From positions 1,834,030 through 1,898,029 of the forward strand of contig CP070758.1 in NCBI GenBank assembly GCA_020348925.1: a stretch of DNA of 64,000 nucleotides. Direction: 5' to 3'. Shown piece by piece: positions 1-10,700 of the stretch; positions within the stretch are counted from its first letter, which is position 1, and every line of letters begins with the position of its first letter. Origin of the DNA: Gemmatimonadota bacterium (GTDB taxonomy: Bacteria; JBHIER01; G020348925). The notes under the pieces were generated by a model. The model was not told where the DNA came from. It searched no databases and was given only the letters and a program-made list of their open reading frames with translations. Made by a program: the position numbers and the translations under genes.

Positions 1-74
1 GGGATATCGCTGATATCCTTCAGATAATCCTCCAGCACTCTTCTGTCTTTACACACAGGAATGAAATCGGACAT
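1..74 (-). CDS. 5' part of a probable sigma-70 family (RpoD/RpoS-type) sigma factor, running off the window edge
   Basis: Not in the ORF track. The minus strand reads GGGAGG RBS, then ATG at 74: MSDFIPVCKDRRVLEDYLKDISDIP. This resembles sigma-70 region 1.2 (L-x-x-Y-L-x-(E/D)-I-x-x-I-P). Only 24 codons are visible. Confidence 0.5.
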   Translation of the reverse strand, partial: MSDFIPVCKDRRVLEDYLKDISDI

Positions 75-316
75 TGAGACCCTCCCAGTATTGTTCACCG
101 TACCTAAAAATCCGCTCGCAATCGTCAGACGTTATATAATAAAGAAAAATGTGCTCATGTCAAGATTAATGTTGTGTACCGCGGTGAAAAATTGGCAAAA
201 AGACCGACACTCAAAAAGTATTGAACAGTTCTTATGGTTTCCTTATATTCACACTGATGAAAAAAAGTGTTCAGGGAGAAGAGGTCCAATTGTGACCGCA
301 ATGTTATATTTACAAA

Positions 317-1222
317 ATGGATACGATAGAATCTTTTCATGGAGATCCTAAAATAATACTGGATCCTCAGCGCCACACCGATGGAGTTCGTGCCTTCATG
401 GACTATTTTGGCCTGCCACACAAGGAGCCGGGATTACGGTTCTTGGAGGAGATCCTTGTCCAATTTTCTAAAATCCCCTATGAAAACATCAGCAAAATAA
501 TAAAACTGAACAATCTCTGGGACGCTGAAACGAAAATACGATTTCCCGAGGAAATTATCGATGACCACATCTCGTATCGTCTCGGCGGAACGTGTTTTTC
601 TCTCACTTTTTTTCTCCAGACGATTCTTACCTTGAACGGCCTTTGTTGTTATCCTGTCATGGCGGACATGAGGGCCGGACGAAACATACACTGTTGCGTC
701 GTCGCAATGTTAGGGAACAGCAAGTATCTCATCGATCCTGGATACTTGCTTCACAAGCCGATGGAGATTCATTCTGAGAAACCCAGGTTCTACAGGACAG
801 AGTTTCACGGCATCGAACTCCGATTCGATTCTGATACGCAGTATTATAATCTTTTCACTTTTGACGAAAAAGAGACGAAATGGAGGTACCGTTTTCAGGA
901 CATGCCGACTCCTCCGGAGGAATTTTTGAAGCATTGGTATGCCTCCTTCTGGAAACCGACACTTCATGGCATCCTTTTGACCAAGGTCACTCAGGAAGGA
1001 CTCATTTACGTCCATAAAACCTTCATGCGGGAGACCACTTTTCAGGGAAAGCGGAACATAAATATAAAAAAGAACTACCACGCCGTCATCAATGATGTTT
1101 TCGGTATTGACCCTCGGGTTCTCGAACAGGGACAGGCTGCCCTTGAGGAGAATTTGACCAAGGAGCGAGCAATAGGCCTGTTTCCGAAAAAAGTCGGTGG
1201 ATTGAGAAACGAAACACAATAA
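317..1222 (+). CDS. Arylamine N-acetyltransferase (NAT) family protein
   Basis: IPYENI, RLGGTCFSL (catalytic Cys, cf. RGGxCxE), NIHCCV (His) and YLIDPG (Asp) give the NAT Cys-His-Asp triad. Confidence 0.8.
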   Translation: MDTIESFHGDPKIILDPQRHTDGVRAFMDYFGLPHKEPGLRFLEEILVQFSKIPYENISKIIKLNNLWDAETKIRFPEEIIDDHISYRLGGTCFSLTFFLQTILTLNGLCCYPVMADMRAGRNIHCCVVAMLGNSKYLIDPGYLLHKPMEIHSEKPRFYRTEFHGIELRFDSDTQYYNLFTFDEKETKWRYRFQDMPTPPEEFLKHWYASFWKPTLHGILLTKVTQEGLIYVHKTFMRETTFQGKRNINIKKNYHAVINDVFGIDPRVLEQGQAALEENLTKERAIGLFPKKVGGLRNETQ

Positions 1223-1304
1223 CATTTTATGCCACAGTTCATACGGCCGATTCCTCAAGCGGCATACCGCCGTTCTCGAACCCCTGTCAACGCCGAAAAA
1301 AAGC

Positions 1305-1333
1305 TTGACATGGGATGAGTCGTTGTGTATTCT
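1305..1333 (+). promoter_or_regulatory. Putative sigma-70 promoter for the DUF4416 gene
   Basis: TTGACA (1305-1310), 17 nt spacer, TATTCT (1328-1333). Confidence 0.55.
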
Positions 1334-1501
1334 ATGTCAAAACGGGATCTGTTTTGTGACGAAGGTGGCGCTGGGATGGTCTCAAAATGGATCCCGTCTT
1401 TCATTGGCTGAATTTTACCGAACGGCGCTTCGTCTCTTCGGAAACTCCAGTCCGGAAACGAACAATTTGGGATTTTGAAATTTGGATCTTGATTTTCAAA
1501 C

Positions 1502-2044
1502 ATGAAGCCCATCCTACCAGATCCGGTCAAGCTTTTCTTCGGTATTCTCTACAGCGATGACGAGAGGCTGAGGAGAGCGAAAGAACTCCTGCGGGAGAAA
1601 TACGGTCGGATCGACTACGAAAGCGAACCCTTTGAGTTCATCATAACGGATTACTACGCACCGGAGATGGGCTCCACCATCTCTCGTCTTTTCCTTTCCC
1701 ATGAACTCCTAATTCAGCCGGACGAGATTGCTCGAATCAAGCTCGAGTCGAACGAGATCGAGGATCTCCTCGCCCTTGCCGGAAAACGGAAGGTAAACCT
1801 CGATCCGGGATATATTGACACCTGCAAGGCGATTCTCGCTTCAGCCAAATATAATGGCCCGAAGGTTTACCTCGGTCACGGTATCTATGCCGACCTGACG
1901 CTCTATTACGAAAAGGGCACTTTTTACCCTTACCCGTGGAGTTTCCCCGACTTCAAGACCAGCCAGTACAATCATTCGTTTCTGCGTATTCGGGAACTGT
2001 ACAAAGTTCAGTTAAAAAAAGAGAGACGGGGGGGCAAGACATAG
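1502..2044 (+). CDS. DUF4416 family protein
   Basis: TDYYAPEMG, RKVNLDPGY, VYLGHGIYADLTLYY and YPWSFPDF motifs. Confidence 0.8.
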   Translation: MKPILPDPVKLFFGILYSDDERLRRAKELLREKYGRIDYESEPFEFIITDYYAPEMGSTISRLFLSHELLIQPDEIARIKLESNEIEDLLALAGKRKVNLDPGYIDTCKAILASAKYNGPKVYLGHGIYADLTLYYEKGTFYPYPWSFPDFKTSQYNHSFLRIRELYKVQLKKERRGGKT

Positions 2045-2126
2045 TCGGTAGAGTGGGCGCCCTATTCTCCTCTCGATGATTCAAAATCGGTTTTCCCGGG
2101 CTTTTCAACGGCACAAGAGATACACC

Positions 2127-2155
2127 TTGACAAGGCATTAAAAACTTCGTAATAT
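2127..2155 (+). promoter_or_regulatory. Putative sigma-70 promoter at the start of the NRPS cluster
   Basis: TTGACA (2127-2132), 17 nt spacer, TAATAT (2150-2155), about 250 nt before the first cluster gene. Confidence 0.55.
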
Positions 2156-2405
2156 AACGCTTGCATCTGCGAACACGTCTCAGGACTTCTCTGGTGATCT
2201 CGAAATATTTGGTGAGAATTTCTGATACGGTTCCATAATTTCAGCGTTGTTGCGGACGGTTCCTGTTCCCCTTAGGGAAACAGGAGTGGAGGTACCGATC
2301 CGAATTATCGTTAGGCGGACTGATAACCGACCCGGGTGATGTCTTATGACTGGCGAGTATGAAATAAAAAACGGTTCTCGTGACGAATCAAAGAATGGTT
2401 GCAGG

Positions 2406-4235
2406 ATGTCGAACGTCTTCAATCTGGTGAACGTCCGTGCTGATCAAAATCCCGAAGCCGTTGCCATTTCCGCCCCTGGACGCGGCCCGCTGACTTACGG
2501 TGGTCTGCGTAACCTCCTCGACCGTGTCGTCCGAAGGCTCAATGAAATGGGGGTGGGACGCAACGACCGGGTCGCTATTGTACTTCCCAATGGTCCTGAG
2601 ATGGCGACAGCCTTTCTGGCAGTATCCGCCGGGGCAACCAGTGCACCACTCAACCCAGTGTATGGTCCTGAAGAGTTCGACTTTTATCTGTCTGATCTCC
2701 AGGCCAAGGCACTCGTTATTCAAAGCGGGATGGATTCTCCGGCGAGAGGGGTGGCCGAAGAGCGCGGCATTGCTCTCATTGAGCTTTCGCCCGAGAAGGC
2801 GGCCGAGGCAGGTCTCTTCACCTTAGGGGGAGACCCAGCGATCCCTTCGGATCACGGTGGATGGGCACAGCCCGGGGATGTGGCTTTGATCCTGCACACC
2901 TCCGGGACAACGTCTCGACCGAAAATCGTTCCGCTCACAGGAGCCAATATCTGTACGTCCGCTCACAACACTCGATCCGCACTTGATCTGGCCGAGAGTG
3001 ATCGCTGTCTGAACGTCATGCCACTGTTTCATATTCACGGTCTCATCGGTGCGACGCTCTCGTCCCTGGCGGCAGGTGCAGAAATTGTATGTACACCGGG
3101 CTTTGATGCACTCAGGTTCTTTGAGTGGATGGAGGCCTTCCGACCGACCTGGTACACAGCAGTGCCCACCATGCATCAGGCCATCCTTGAGCAAGTCAAA
3201 AAAACCCAGGAAATTATCGAGCGCAGCCCGCTTCGATTTATTCGTTCCTGCTCCGCCTCTCTGCCGCCTCAGGTCATGATGGAGCTTGAACAGAAGTTCA
3301 ATGTGCCCGTCATTGAATCCTACGGCATGACCGAAGCATCGCATCAGATGGCCAGCAACCCCCTACCGCCGGGAAGGCGAAAACCCGGCTCGGTGGGTGT
3401 CGCGGCGGGCCCGGAGGTGGCCGTCTTCGACGAGGCCGGCCACTCGCTGCCCCAGGGCGAGACAGGTGAGGTTGTCATTCGCGGGCCGAACGTAACAGCG
3501 GGGTACGAGAACAATCCGGAGGCGAATAAAGCCGGGTTCACCAACGGTTGGTTTCGAACAGGCGATCAGGGCTATTTTGATACCGATGGCTACCTCTTCC
3601 TGACGGGCCGCATCAAGGAGATTATTAATCGGGGCGGCGAGAAAGTAGCCCCGAGGGAGGTTGATGAAGCCCTCCTGGCTCACCCAGCTGTGACCCAGGC
3701 CGTCACCTTCCCGGTTCCCCATTCCACACTCGGTGAGGATGTGGCCGTGGCTCTTGTGCTGCGAAAGAACACTTCGGCCACGGAGAAGGAGATGCGGCAG
3801 TTCGCTCTGACCCGTCTCGCCCATTTTAAAGTACCCAGCCAAATTGTTTTTGTGGATGAAATACCCAAAGGTCCGACGGGAAAGCTGCAGAGGATCGGCC
3901 TGGCTGAAAAGTTGGCTTCGAAACTCAGAGCAGAATATGTCGCACCCAGGGATCAAGCCGAAAAAACCCTGGCGAACATCTGGGCGGAGGTCCTCGGTCC
4001 CGAGCGAATCGGAGTGAATGATAACTTTTTCAGACTGGGTGGCAACTCCCTGCTGGCTGCACAGGTCGTTTCCCGGGTGCGCAAGGTGTTCCAGGTGGAG
4101 TTATCAGTGGAGACAGTCTTCAAGGATCCAACGTTGGGGGGGCAAGCCTCGCTTATTGCGGATTTGATCATGAAGGAGATAGAAGAGATGAGTGAAGAGG
4201 ATGCGCGGCGGCTCACCGAGGAATCGTCTGACTGA
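2406..4235 (+). CDS. Acyl-CoA synthetase (oxalate-CoA ligase/Pcs60-AAE3-like) fused to a C-terminal carrier domain; probable starter-loading didomain
   Basis: HTSGTTSRPKIVPL, PLFHIHGL, ESYGMTEASHQMASNPLP, WFRTGD, PKGPTGKLQR; carrier NFFRLGGNSLL. Start may be 2346 or 2406. Confidence 0.88.
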   Translation: MSNVFNLVNVRADQNPEAVAISAPGRGPLTYGGLRNLLDRVVRRLNEMGVGRNDRVAIVLPNGPEMATAFLAVSAGATSAPLNPVYGPEEFDFYLSDLQAKALVIQSGMDSPARGVAEERGIALIELSPEKAAEAGLFTLGGDPAIPSDHGGWAQPGDVALILHTSGTTSRPKIVPLTGANICTSAHNTRSALDLAESDRCLNVMPLFHIHGLIGATLSSLAAGAEIVCTPGFDALRFFEWMEAFRPTWYTAVPTMHQAILEQVKKTQEIIERSPLRFIRSCSASLPPQVMMELEQKFNVPVIESYGMTEASHQMASNPLPPGRRKPGSVGVAAGPEVAVFDEAGHSLPQGETGEVVIRGPNVTAGYENNPEANKAGFTNGWFRTGDQGYFDTDGYLFLTGRIKEIINRGGEKVAPREVDEALLAHPAVTQAVTFPVPHSTLGEDVAVALVLRKNTSATEKEMRQFALTRLAHFKVPSQIVFVDEIPKGPTGKLQRIGLAEKLASKLRAEYVAPRDQAEKTLANIWAEVLGPERIGVNDNFFRLGGNSLLAAQVVSRVRKVFQVELSVETVFKDPTLGGQASLIADLIMKEIEEMSEEDARRLTEESSD

Positions 4236-4280
4236 TGGTAGGAGATTGATGCTCGAGAGCATCACAAAGTGGAAGAAGAG

Positions 4281-7200
4281 ATGAAAAGGGATCGACCAAG
4301 AGACTCCTCGCTGTCGGAGCATCGAAAAAACCGAGTCAGTAACCTCTCCCAGGCCAAACAGACCCTGCTCGAAAGACGACTCAAGGGTGAGACGGTGGAC
4401 ACTTCCGAATCCCGGTCCATTCAACGGCGTCCGGATCGGCAGACGTTCCCTCTCTCCTTCGCTCAGGAGCGTTTCTGGTTTCTGGACCAGTTGGAGCCCG
4501 GCAGCCCGGCCTATAACCGCCCTTTCGCTCTTCGTCTTACCGGTCCCCTCAATGTTGCAATGTTGACCCAGATTCTCAACGAGATTCTGAGACGACATGA
4601 GGTTTTGCGTGCCACCTATACAGCGGTTGAGGGGAGGCCGGTTCAAACCATTGCTCCGGCCGAACCCGTGAACGTGCCGGTGATCGATATCAGCGGTCTC
4701 CCTGCCGGTGAGCGGGAGTCTCGGGCGAAGGCACTGGCCGCTGAAGAGGCGCAAAGATCTCTTGATCTGGCCCGTGGAACTATTCTGCGGGCGACGCTGC
4801 TCCGTTTGGGGGAAGAGGAGCACGTGTTGCTGTTGGTGATCCACCACATCGGTTTTGATGCCTGGTCGGCTCACGTGCTTACGCGGGAGGTCGCAACCCT
4901 CTACGAGGCATTTGCCTCGGGGAGGGCATCACCACTTTCTGAATTGCCCATTCAGTACGCCGATTATGCCGACTGGCAGAGGCAGTGGATGCAGGGCGAC
5001 ATCTTAGAGAAACAACTTGCCTATTGGCAGCAGAGGCTCGCCGATGCCCCACCTTCATTGGACCTGCTCACGGATTACCCTCGACCTTCGACTCAGACTT
5101 ACAGGGGTGCACGCCTACTCCTGGCGTTGCCCTCTTTCTTGGTAGACTCACTCAAGGCTCTTGGCCTAAGGGAGGATGTCACCCTATTCATGACATTACT
5201 GGCAGCTTTTAAAGTCCTCCTGCACCGGTACACGGGTCAGGAGGACATTGTTCTGGGAACTCCTATTGCCGGTCGCACCCATGTGGAGACGGAGCAATTG
5301 ATCGGGTTCTTCATCAATACGCTGGTCCTTCGGTCCGATCTCTCGGGCAATCCCAGTTATCGAGAACTCCTGGGTCGAGTCCGCGAGATGGCATTAGGAG
5401 CGTATGCCCACCAGGACCTGCCCTTCGAGAAGCTGGTGGAGGAGTTGCAGCCGGAGCGGAATCTGAGGAGCACGCCATTTTTTCAGGTGATGTTCAATTT
5501 GGAGAATATCCCTGAGAGGGCGATCGAGGTACAAGAATTACGCATTGAAGAATTTGAGTTTGACTCTGGGATACAGCCTTTTGAAATAACTCTGGAGATT
5601 GTTGAAAAAGAGGGACATCTCTCCTGTTCATTCGGTTACAGGACCGATCTTTTTGATGCGTCCACCGTAAAACGGATGTCGGTCCATTATCGGACCCTGC
5701 TGGAGGGAATCATCGCTGATCCGAATCAACGTATCGGAATGTTGCCGCTGTTGTCAGCCGCTGAGCGGCATCAATTGCTGGTGGAGTGGAACGACACAGA
5801 GACGGACTATGCCCGGGAGGCCTGCATCCATCACTTGTTTGAGGCCCAGGTGGAGCGGACACCAGAGGCAGTTGCGGTTGTGTTTGAGGAGCAGCAAATG
5901 ACGTACGGCGAGCTCAACGCCCGGGCCAATCAGCTGGCTCATTATCTCATTAAGAGAGGCGTCGGCCCGGAGGTTGTAGTAGGCATCTGTGCGGAGCGCT
6001 CACTGGAGATGGTCGTAGGGCTGTGGGGTGTTCTCAAGGCAGGAGGAGCATATGTTCCCTTGGATCCCACCTATCCAAAGGAGCGGTTGGCCTTCATGCT
6101 GGAGGACAGCCGACCCCAGGTGGTGGTGTCCCAACAGCGGCTGCCTGAGCGTCTTCCTCAGAACAACATCCATACGCTGTGCCTGGATTCGGAGTGGGAA
6201 ACCATTGATCGAGAGAATAGGAACAATCCCAGGTGCGATGTCAAGGCCCATCATCTCGCCTACATCATCTACACCTCAGGATCAACCGGAAAGCCCAAAG
6301 GAGTCATGATCGAGCACCGGTCACTGGTCAACCACACCCAAGCCGCAGGCGGGGAATACGATCTCAATCCGGATGACCGCGTTCTGCAGTTTGCCTCAAT
6401 AAGTTTCGATTTCAGTGCGGATGAGATCTATCCGTGTCTCACCCGTGGGGCAACCCTGGTGCTGCGGACGAATGCAATGATCCATTCTATCAAAAATTTC
6501 CTTCAAAAATGCCAGGCGTGGGCCATAACCGTCTTGGACTTGCCCACAGCATACTGGCATGAATTGACCTCCGTCTGTTCTTCTGAAGAACTGAGGCTGC
6601 CATCCTCCGTTCGCCTGGTGATAACCGGGGGAGAGCGAGCCCTTCCAGAGAGGGTGAACCAATGGTTGCTCACCGCAGGCGGAAATGTACGCTTCCTGAA
6701 CGGCTACGGTCCGACGGAAACAACCGTTCATGCTTCTTTGTGGGAACTGCCCAGGGCTACCAAGAGAGAAGCGGAATGGACAGAGGTACCAATTGGGCGG
6801 CCCAAGAGTAATATTCAAATATACCTCCTTGATCCATATCTGCAGCCGGTTCCCATCGGCGTAACAGGGGAATTTTTCATCGGCGGCGTTGGTCTGGCCC
6901 GCGGGTATCTCAACAGACCGCGTCTGACTGAGGAGAAGTTCGTCCCGAATCCTTTCAGCCCTAAGCAGGGCTCGCGTCTTTACAGAACAGGGGACTTGGG
7001 CCGTTATCTGCCTGACGGCAACATCGAGTTTCTGGGCCGCACGGATCACCAGGTGAAGATCCGGGGATTCCGCATCGAACTCGGTGAAATCGAGTCGGTA
7101 CTGAGAAAACATCCGCTGGTGCGGGAGGTCGTCGTTTTGGCTGCCGAGCATGAACATGGTGACAGACGCCTGGTCGCTTATATAGTGCCGACTCAGGGTG

Positions 7201-7700
7201 CGACTCTCCCGGTCAGTGAGCTGCGGGATTTTGTGCATAAGAAGCTGCCCGAGTATATGATGCCTTCGATGTTTGTGACTCTGGACACTTTGCCTCTGAC
7301 GCCCAACGACAAAGTCGATCGGGGGGGGTTACCGAAACCTAATTGGACCAAACGCGATTCGGATGTCCCTTTTGAAAAACCTCGTACTAATGTTGAAGCA
7401 GCTGTGGCGGAGATCTGGAGCAAGATTCTGGGGGTCGAGCAGGTGAGTGTCCATGACAACTTTTTCAATCTGGGGGGTCATTCTCTGTTGGCAACACGCG
7501 TTGTCTCAAGGATAGTCGATGTCCTCCAGGTGGAATTACCCCTGCGATCCCTCTTTGAATCGCCCACAGTGGCTCAGCTTGGAGCCGTCATAGACAAGGT
7601 GAAGGGTACGAGTATCAAGCCCGCAACACCACCCATCGTGCCTGTCTCAAGAAAAAGATACAGAATGAGACGATCCCCTTCGGGGGAGCTGTTGAAATGA
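4281..7700 (+). CDS. NRPS module C-A-T
   Basis: LSFAQERFWFL, HHIGFDAWS, YTSGSTGKPKG, NGYGPTE, YRTGD, GGHSLL. By-eye pocket code is about DFDDIGGVHK (acidic, suggesting a basic amino acid). Confidence 0.95.
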   Translation: MKRDRPRDSSLSEHRKNRVSNLSQAKQTLLERRLKGETVDTSESRSIQRRPDRQTFPLSFAQERFWFLDQLEPGSPAYNRPFALRLTGPLNVAMLTQILNEILRRHEVLRATYTAVEGRPVQTIAPAEPVNVPVIDISGLPAGERESRAKALAAEEAQRSLDLARGTILRATLLRLGEEEHVLLLVIHHIGFDAWSAHVLTREVATLYEAFASGRASPLSELPIQYADYADWQRQWMQGDILEKQLAYWQQRLADAPPSLDLLTDYPRPSTQTYRGARLLLALPSFLVDSLKALGLREDVTLFMTLLAAFKVLLHRYTGQEDIVLGTPIAGRTHVETEQLIGFFINTLVLRSDLSGNPSYRELLGRVREMALGAYAHQDLPFEKLVEELQPERNLRSTPFFQVMFNLENIPERAIEVQELRIEEFEFDSGIQPFEITLEIVEKEGHLSCSFGYRTDLFDASTVKRMSVHYRTLLEGIIADPNQRIGMLPLLSAAERHQLLVEWNDTETDYAREACIHHLFEAQVERTPEAVAVVFEEQQMTYGELNARANQLAHYLIKRGVGPEVVVGICAERSLEMVVGLWGVLKAGGAYVPLDPTYPKERLAFMLEDSRPQVVVSQQRLPERLPQNNIHTLCLDSEWETIDRENRNNPRCDVKAHHLAYIIYTSGSTGKPKGVMIEHRSLVNHTQAAGGEYDLNPDDRVLQFASISFDFSADEIYPCLTRGATLVLRTNAMIHSIKNFLQKCQAWAITVLDLPTAYWHELTSVCSSEELRLPSSVRLVITGGERALPERVNQWLLTAGGNVRFLNGYGPTETTVHASLWELPRATKREAEWTEVPIGRPKSNIQIYLLDPYLQPVPIGVTGEFFIGGVGLARGYLNRPRLTEEKFVPNPFSPKQGSRLYRTGDLGRYLPDGNIEFLGRTDHQVKIRGFRIELGEIESVLRKHPLVREVVVLAAEHEHGDRRLVAYIVPTQGATLPVSELRDFVHKKLPEYMMPSMFVTLDTLPLTPNDKVDRGGLPKPNWTKRDSDVPFEKPRTNVEAAVAEIWSKILGVEQVSVHDNFFNLGGHSLLATRVVSRIVDVLQVELPLRSLFESPTVAQLGAVIDKVKGTSIKPATPPIVPVSRKRYRMRRSPSGELLK

Positions 7701-10700
7701 GCGGTGATCAACGAGCCGTCGGGAAGGTTCAATTTACACCCATAATGACTCCTGTTTCAAACAAGGAAGCTCACGAATATTCGGAGGAGGTGTTCGTCTT
7801 TCCCACCTCCTTCGCCCAGCAGCGGCTGTGGTTCCTTGACCGGTTGGAGCCCCAGAGTCCTGCCTATAATATCCCGATTGCCCTTCGTCTGAAGGGTCGG
7901 CTCAATGTGAGGGCACTGGAGCGCAGTTTCAATGAGATCGTGAGACGTCATGAAGTGCTGCGGACGACCTTTGCCGAGATGGACGGTCAACCCGTCCAAG
8001 TTATAGCTCCAAGCTTGCGTTGGAGACTGAAGCTGGTTGACGTGCAAGAGTTGCCCGAAGCAGACCGGGAGATCGAAACCCGCCGTCTGGCTGCCGAGGA
8101 GGCTCAAAGGCCCTTCGATTTGGCTCAAGGACCCCTCTTGAGGACGACCCTGGTACGGCTGAAAGAAAAAGAGCACGTTCTGCTCTTGACCGTGCACCAC
8201 ATCGTCTCGGACGGTTGGTCCACGGGGATCCTCTTCCGAGAGATTTCGGTCTTCTATGAATCTTTTTCCGCAGGGAAAACTTCGCCGCTCTCTGAGTTGC
8301 CTATCCAATACGCCGACTTCGCCGTGTGGCAGCGGGAATGGCTGCAGGGGGAGACTTTGGAGGCACAGCTCTCCTATTGGAGAGAGCAACTTGCCGGCGC
8401 ACCTCCATCGCTGGAGTTCCCCACTGATCGCCCCCGGCCTCTCATGCAGACGTATCGAGGTACACGCCAATTTCTGGTGCTGTCCGAGAAACTGACGGAG
8501 ACGATCAAGGCGCTGAGCCAGCGGGCGGAGGTTACCCCTTTCATGACGCTACTGGCGGCGTTTTCAGTTCTGCTCAAGCGCTATACCGGCCAGGACGACA
8601 TTGTCGTGGGTACCCCCATCGCGGGTCGGAACCGGCCTGAGATCGAGGGATTGATCGGATTCTTTGTGAACACCCTGGTGATGCGAACCGACCTTTCGGG
8701 AAACCCCGGTTTTCTGGAGGTGCTTGGTCGGGTCCGAGAGGTATGTTTGGGGGCATACGCCCACCAGGATGTGCCTTTCGAGAAGCTGGTTGAGGAACTT
8801 CGGCCAGAGCGAAATCTCACTCAGTCGCCCATGTTTCAGGTGATGTTCGTCCTCCAGAATGCGACGGATTCCGCACTGGAACTCAAGGACGTGACATTGA
8901 ATTCACTGGAAGTGGACACCGGGACAGCCAAATTTGATCTGGCCCTCTCGGTCATCGATGGTGCGGAGGGACTGAATGGAATATTGTATTACAACACCGA
9001 CCTATTCGATGCTCCCACTATCAACCGGATCCTGAAACATTATGAGAACTTGTTGGAAGGTATTGTTGCCGATCCCGAGCAGACGGTCTCGACATTGCCC
9101 CTCTTGACGGAAACCGAGCGGAACCGGATTCTGGTGGAGTGGAATGATACGGTTACTGACTATCCTTCCACATCCTGCATCCATCAACTGTTTGAGGCTC
9201 AGGTCGAGCGAACACCCGAGGCCATTGCGGTACAATGTGAGAAGAAGCAGTTGACGTATCGTGAGCTGAACGCGCGGGCCAATCAACTGGCCCACTACCT
9301 CCAGACACATGGGGTCGCTCCCGAAGTATTGGTAGGCATCTGCCTCGAGCCTTCGTTGGACATGGTGGTGGGGATGCTGGGTATTCTCAAGGCAGGGGGA
9401 GCCTATGTGCCCTTGGACCCGGCCTATCCAAAGGAGCGCTTAACCTTCATGCTATCGGACTCTGGAGCGTCCATACTCTTGACCCACAAAACACTTTCAG
9501 ATAACCTGCCAGAACACCATGCCAGGTCCATTTTCCTCGATTCCGACTTGATTCGTATATCTCAAGAAGAGATGGGCAATCCCGTCTGCGGGGCGACAGC
9601 CTGGAACCTGGCCTATCTCATCTATACTTCGGGTACGACAGGCCTACCCAAAGGGGTGTTGATCGAGCACAGGGGTTTGTGCAATCTTGTCGAATCCGTT
9701 AAACATTACATAGGGCTCAAGCCGGGAAGACGTGTCCTCCTGAGCTACTCCTTCGGCTTTGATGCATCAGCGAACCCCATATTTACGACCCTCTGTTCTG
9801 GGGCGACCATCTATCTGGCCCCCGCGAATTTCCTCCTGCGCGGAACCGGTATATTTCAAACCATGCGCCATCAGGCCATTACGGACGCATTCTTTCCACC
9901 GTCCTTTTTGGCCGCCCTCCCCTTTGAACCTCTGCCTCTCCTACAGACGCTCACCGTCGGCGCCGAAGCCTGTCCTGCCGTGGTCATATCCCGGTGGGCT
10001 CCAGGTCGGCGATTCTTCAATGCTTACGGACCGACGGAAGCAACGATCCGTGCCACCGTGGCTGAATGCACGGGAGACGATTGGAGGCCAACCATCGGTC
10101 GCCCAATCGCCAACACGCAGGTCTACATCCTGGATCGCCATCTCCAACCAGTGCCCATCGGGGTGCCCGGTGAGCTGCATATTGGGGGAGTGGGCTTGGC
10201 CCGGGGGTATCAGAACCAGCCGGAGCTGACGGCTGAAAAGTTCATCCCGAATCCCTTCGGCGACGAGCCAGGAGCACGCCTCTACAAAACCGGTGATCTG
10301 GCGCGCTCTATGCCGGACGGCACCATTGATTTCCTGGGGCGCTTCGACCATCAAGTGAAAATCCGCGGGTCCCGCATAGAGTTAGGGGAAATTGAGACGA
10401 CGCTGGGCCAGCATCCAGCGGTGCGGGAGGTGGTTGTCACAGTTCAGGCGCATGAGTCCGGTGACAATCGCCTGGTAGCATATGTGGTTGCAGATCAGCA
10501 CACGGCTCCCACAGTACGTGAATTACGGAGTTTTCTGCAGGAGAAGTTGCCCGAATATATGGTGCCCTCAACATTTGTGATGCTGGCTGGATTACCCCTG
10601 ACACCCCACGGTAAAGTGGACCGCCAGGCGCTTCCAGCACCTGATCGGATTACATCCGACCTGGAGAGAACATTCATTCGTGCTCGGGATGCGCTGGAAT

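Noticed and set aside
2310-2330. GGCGGACTG in the cluster leader as an ops antitermination element
   Set aside because: Does not match GGCGGTAGnnTG, and no RfaH/LoaP gene is in the window
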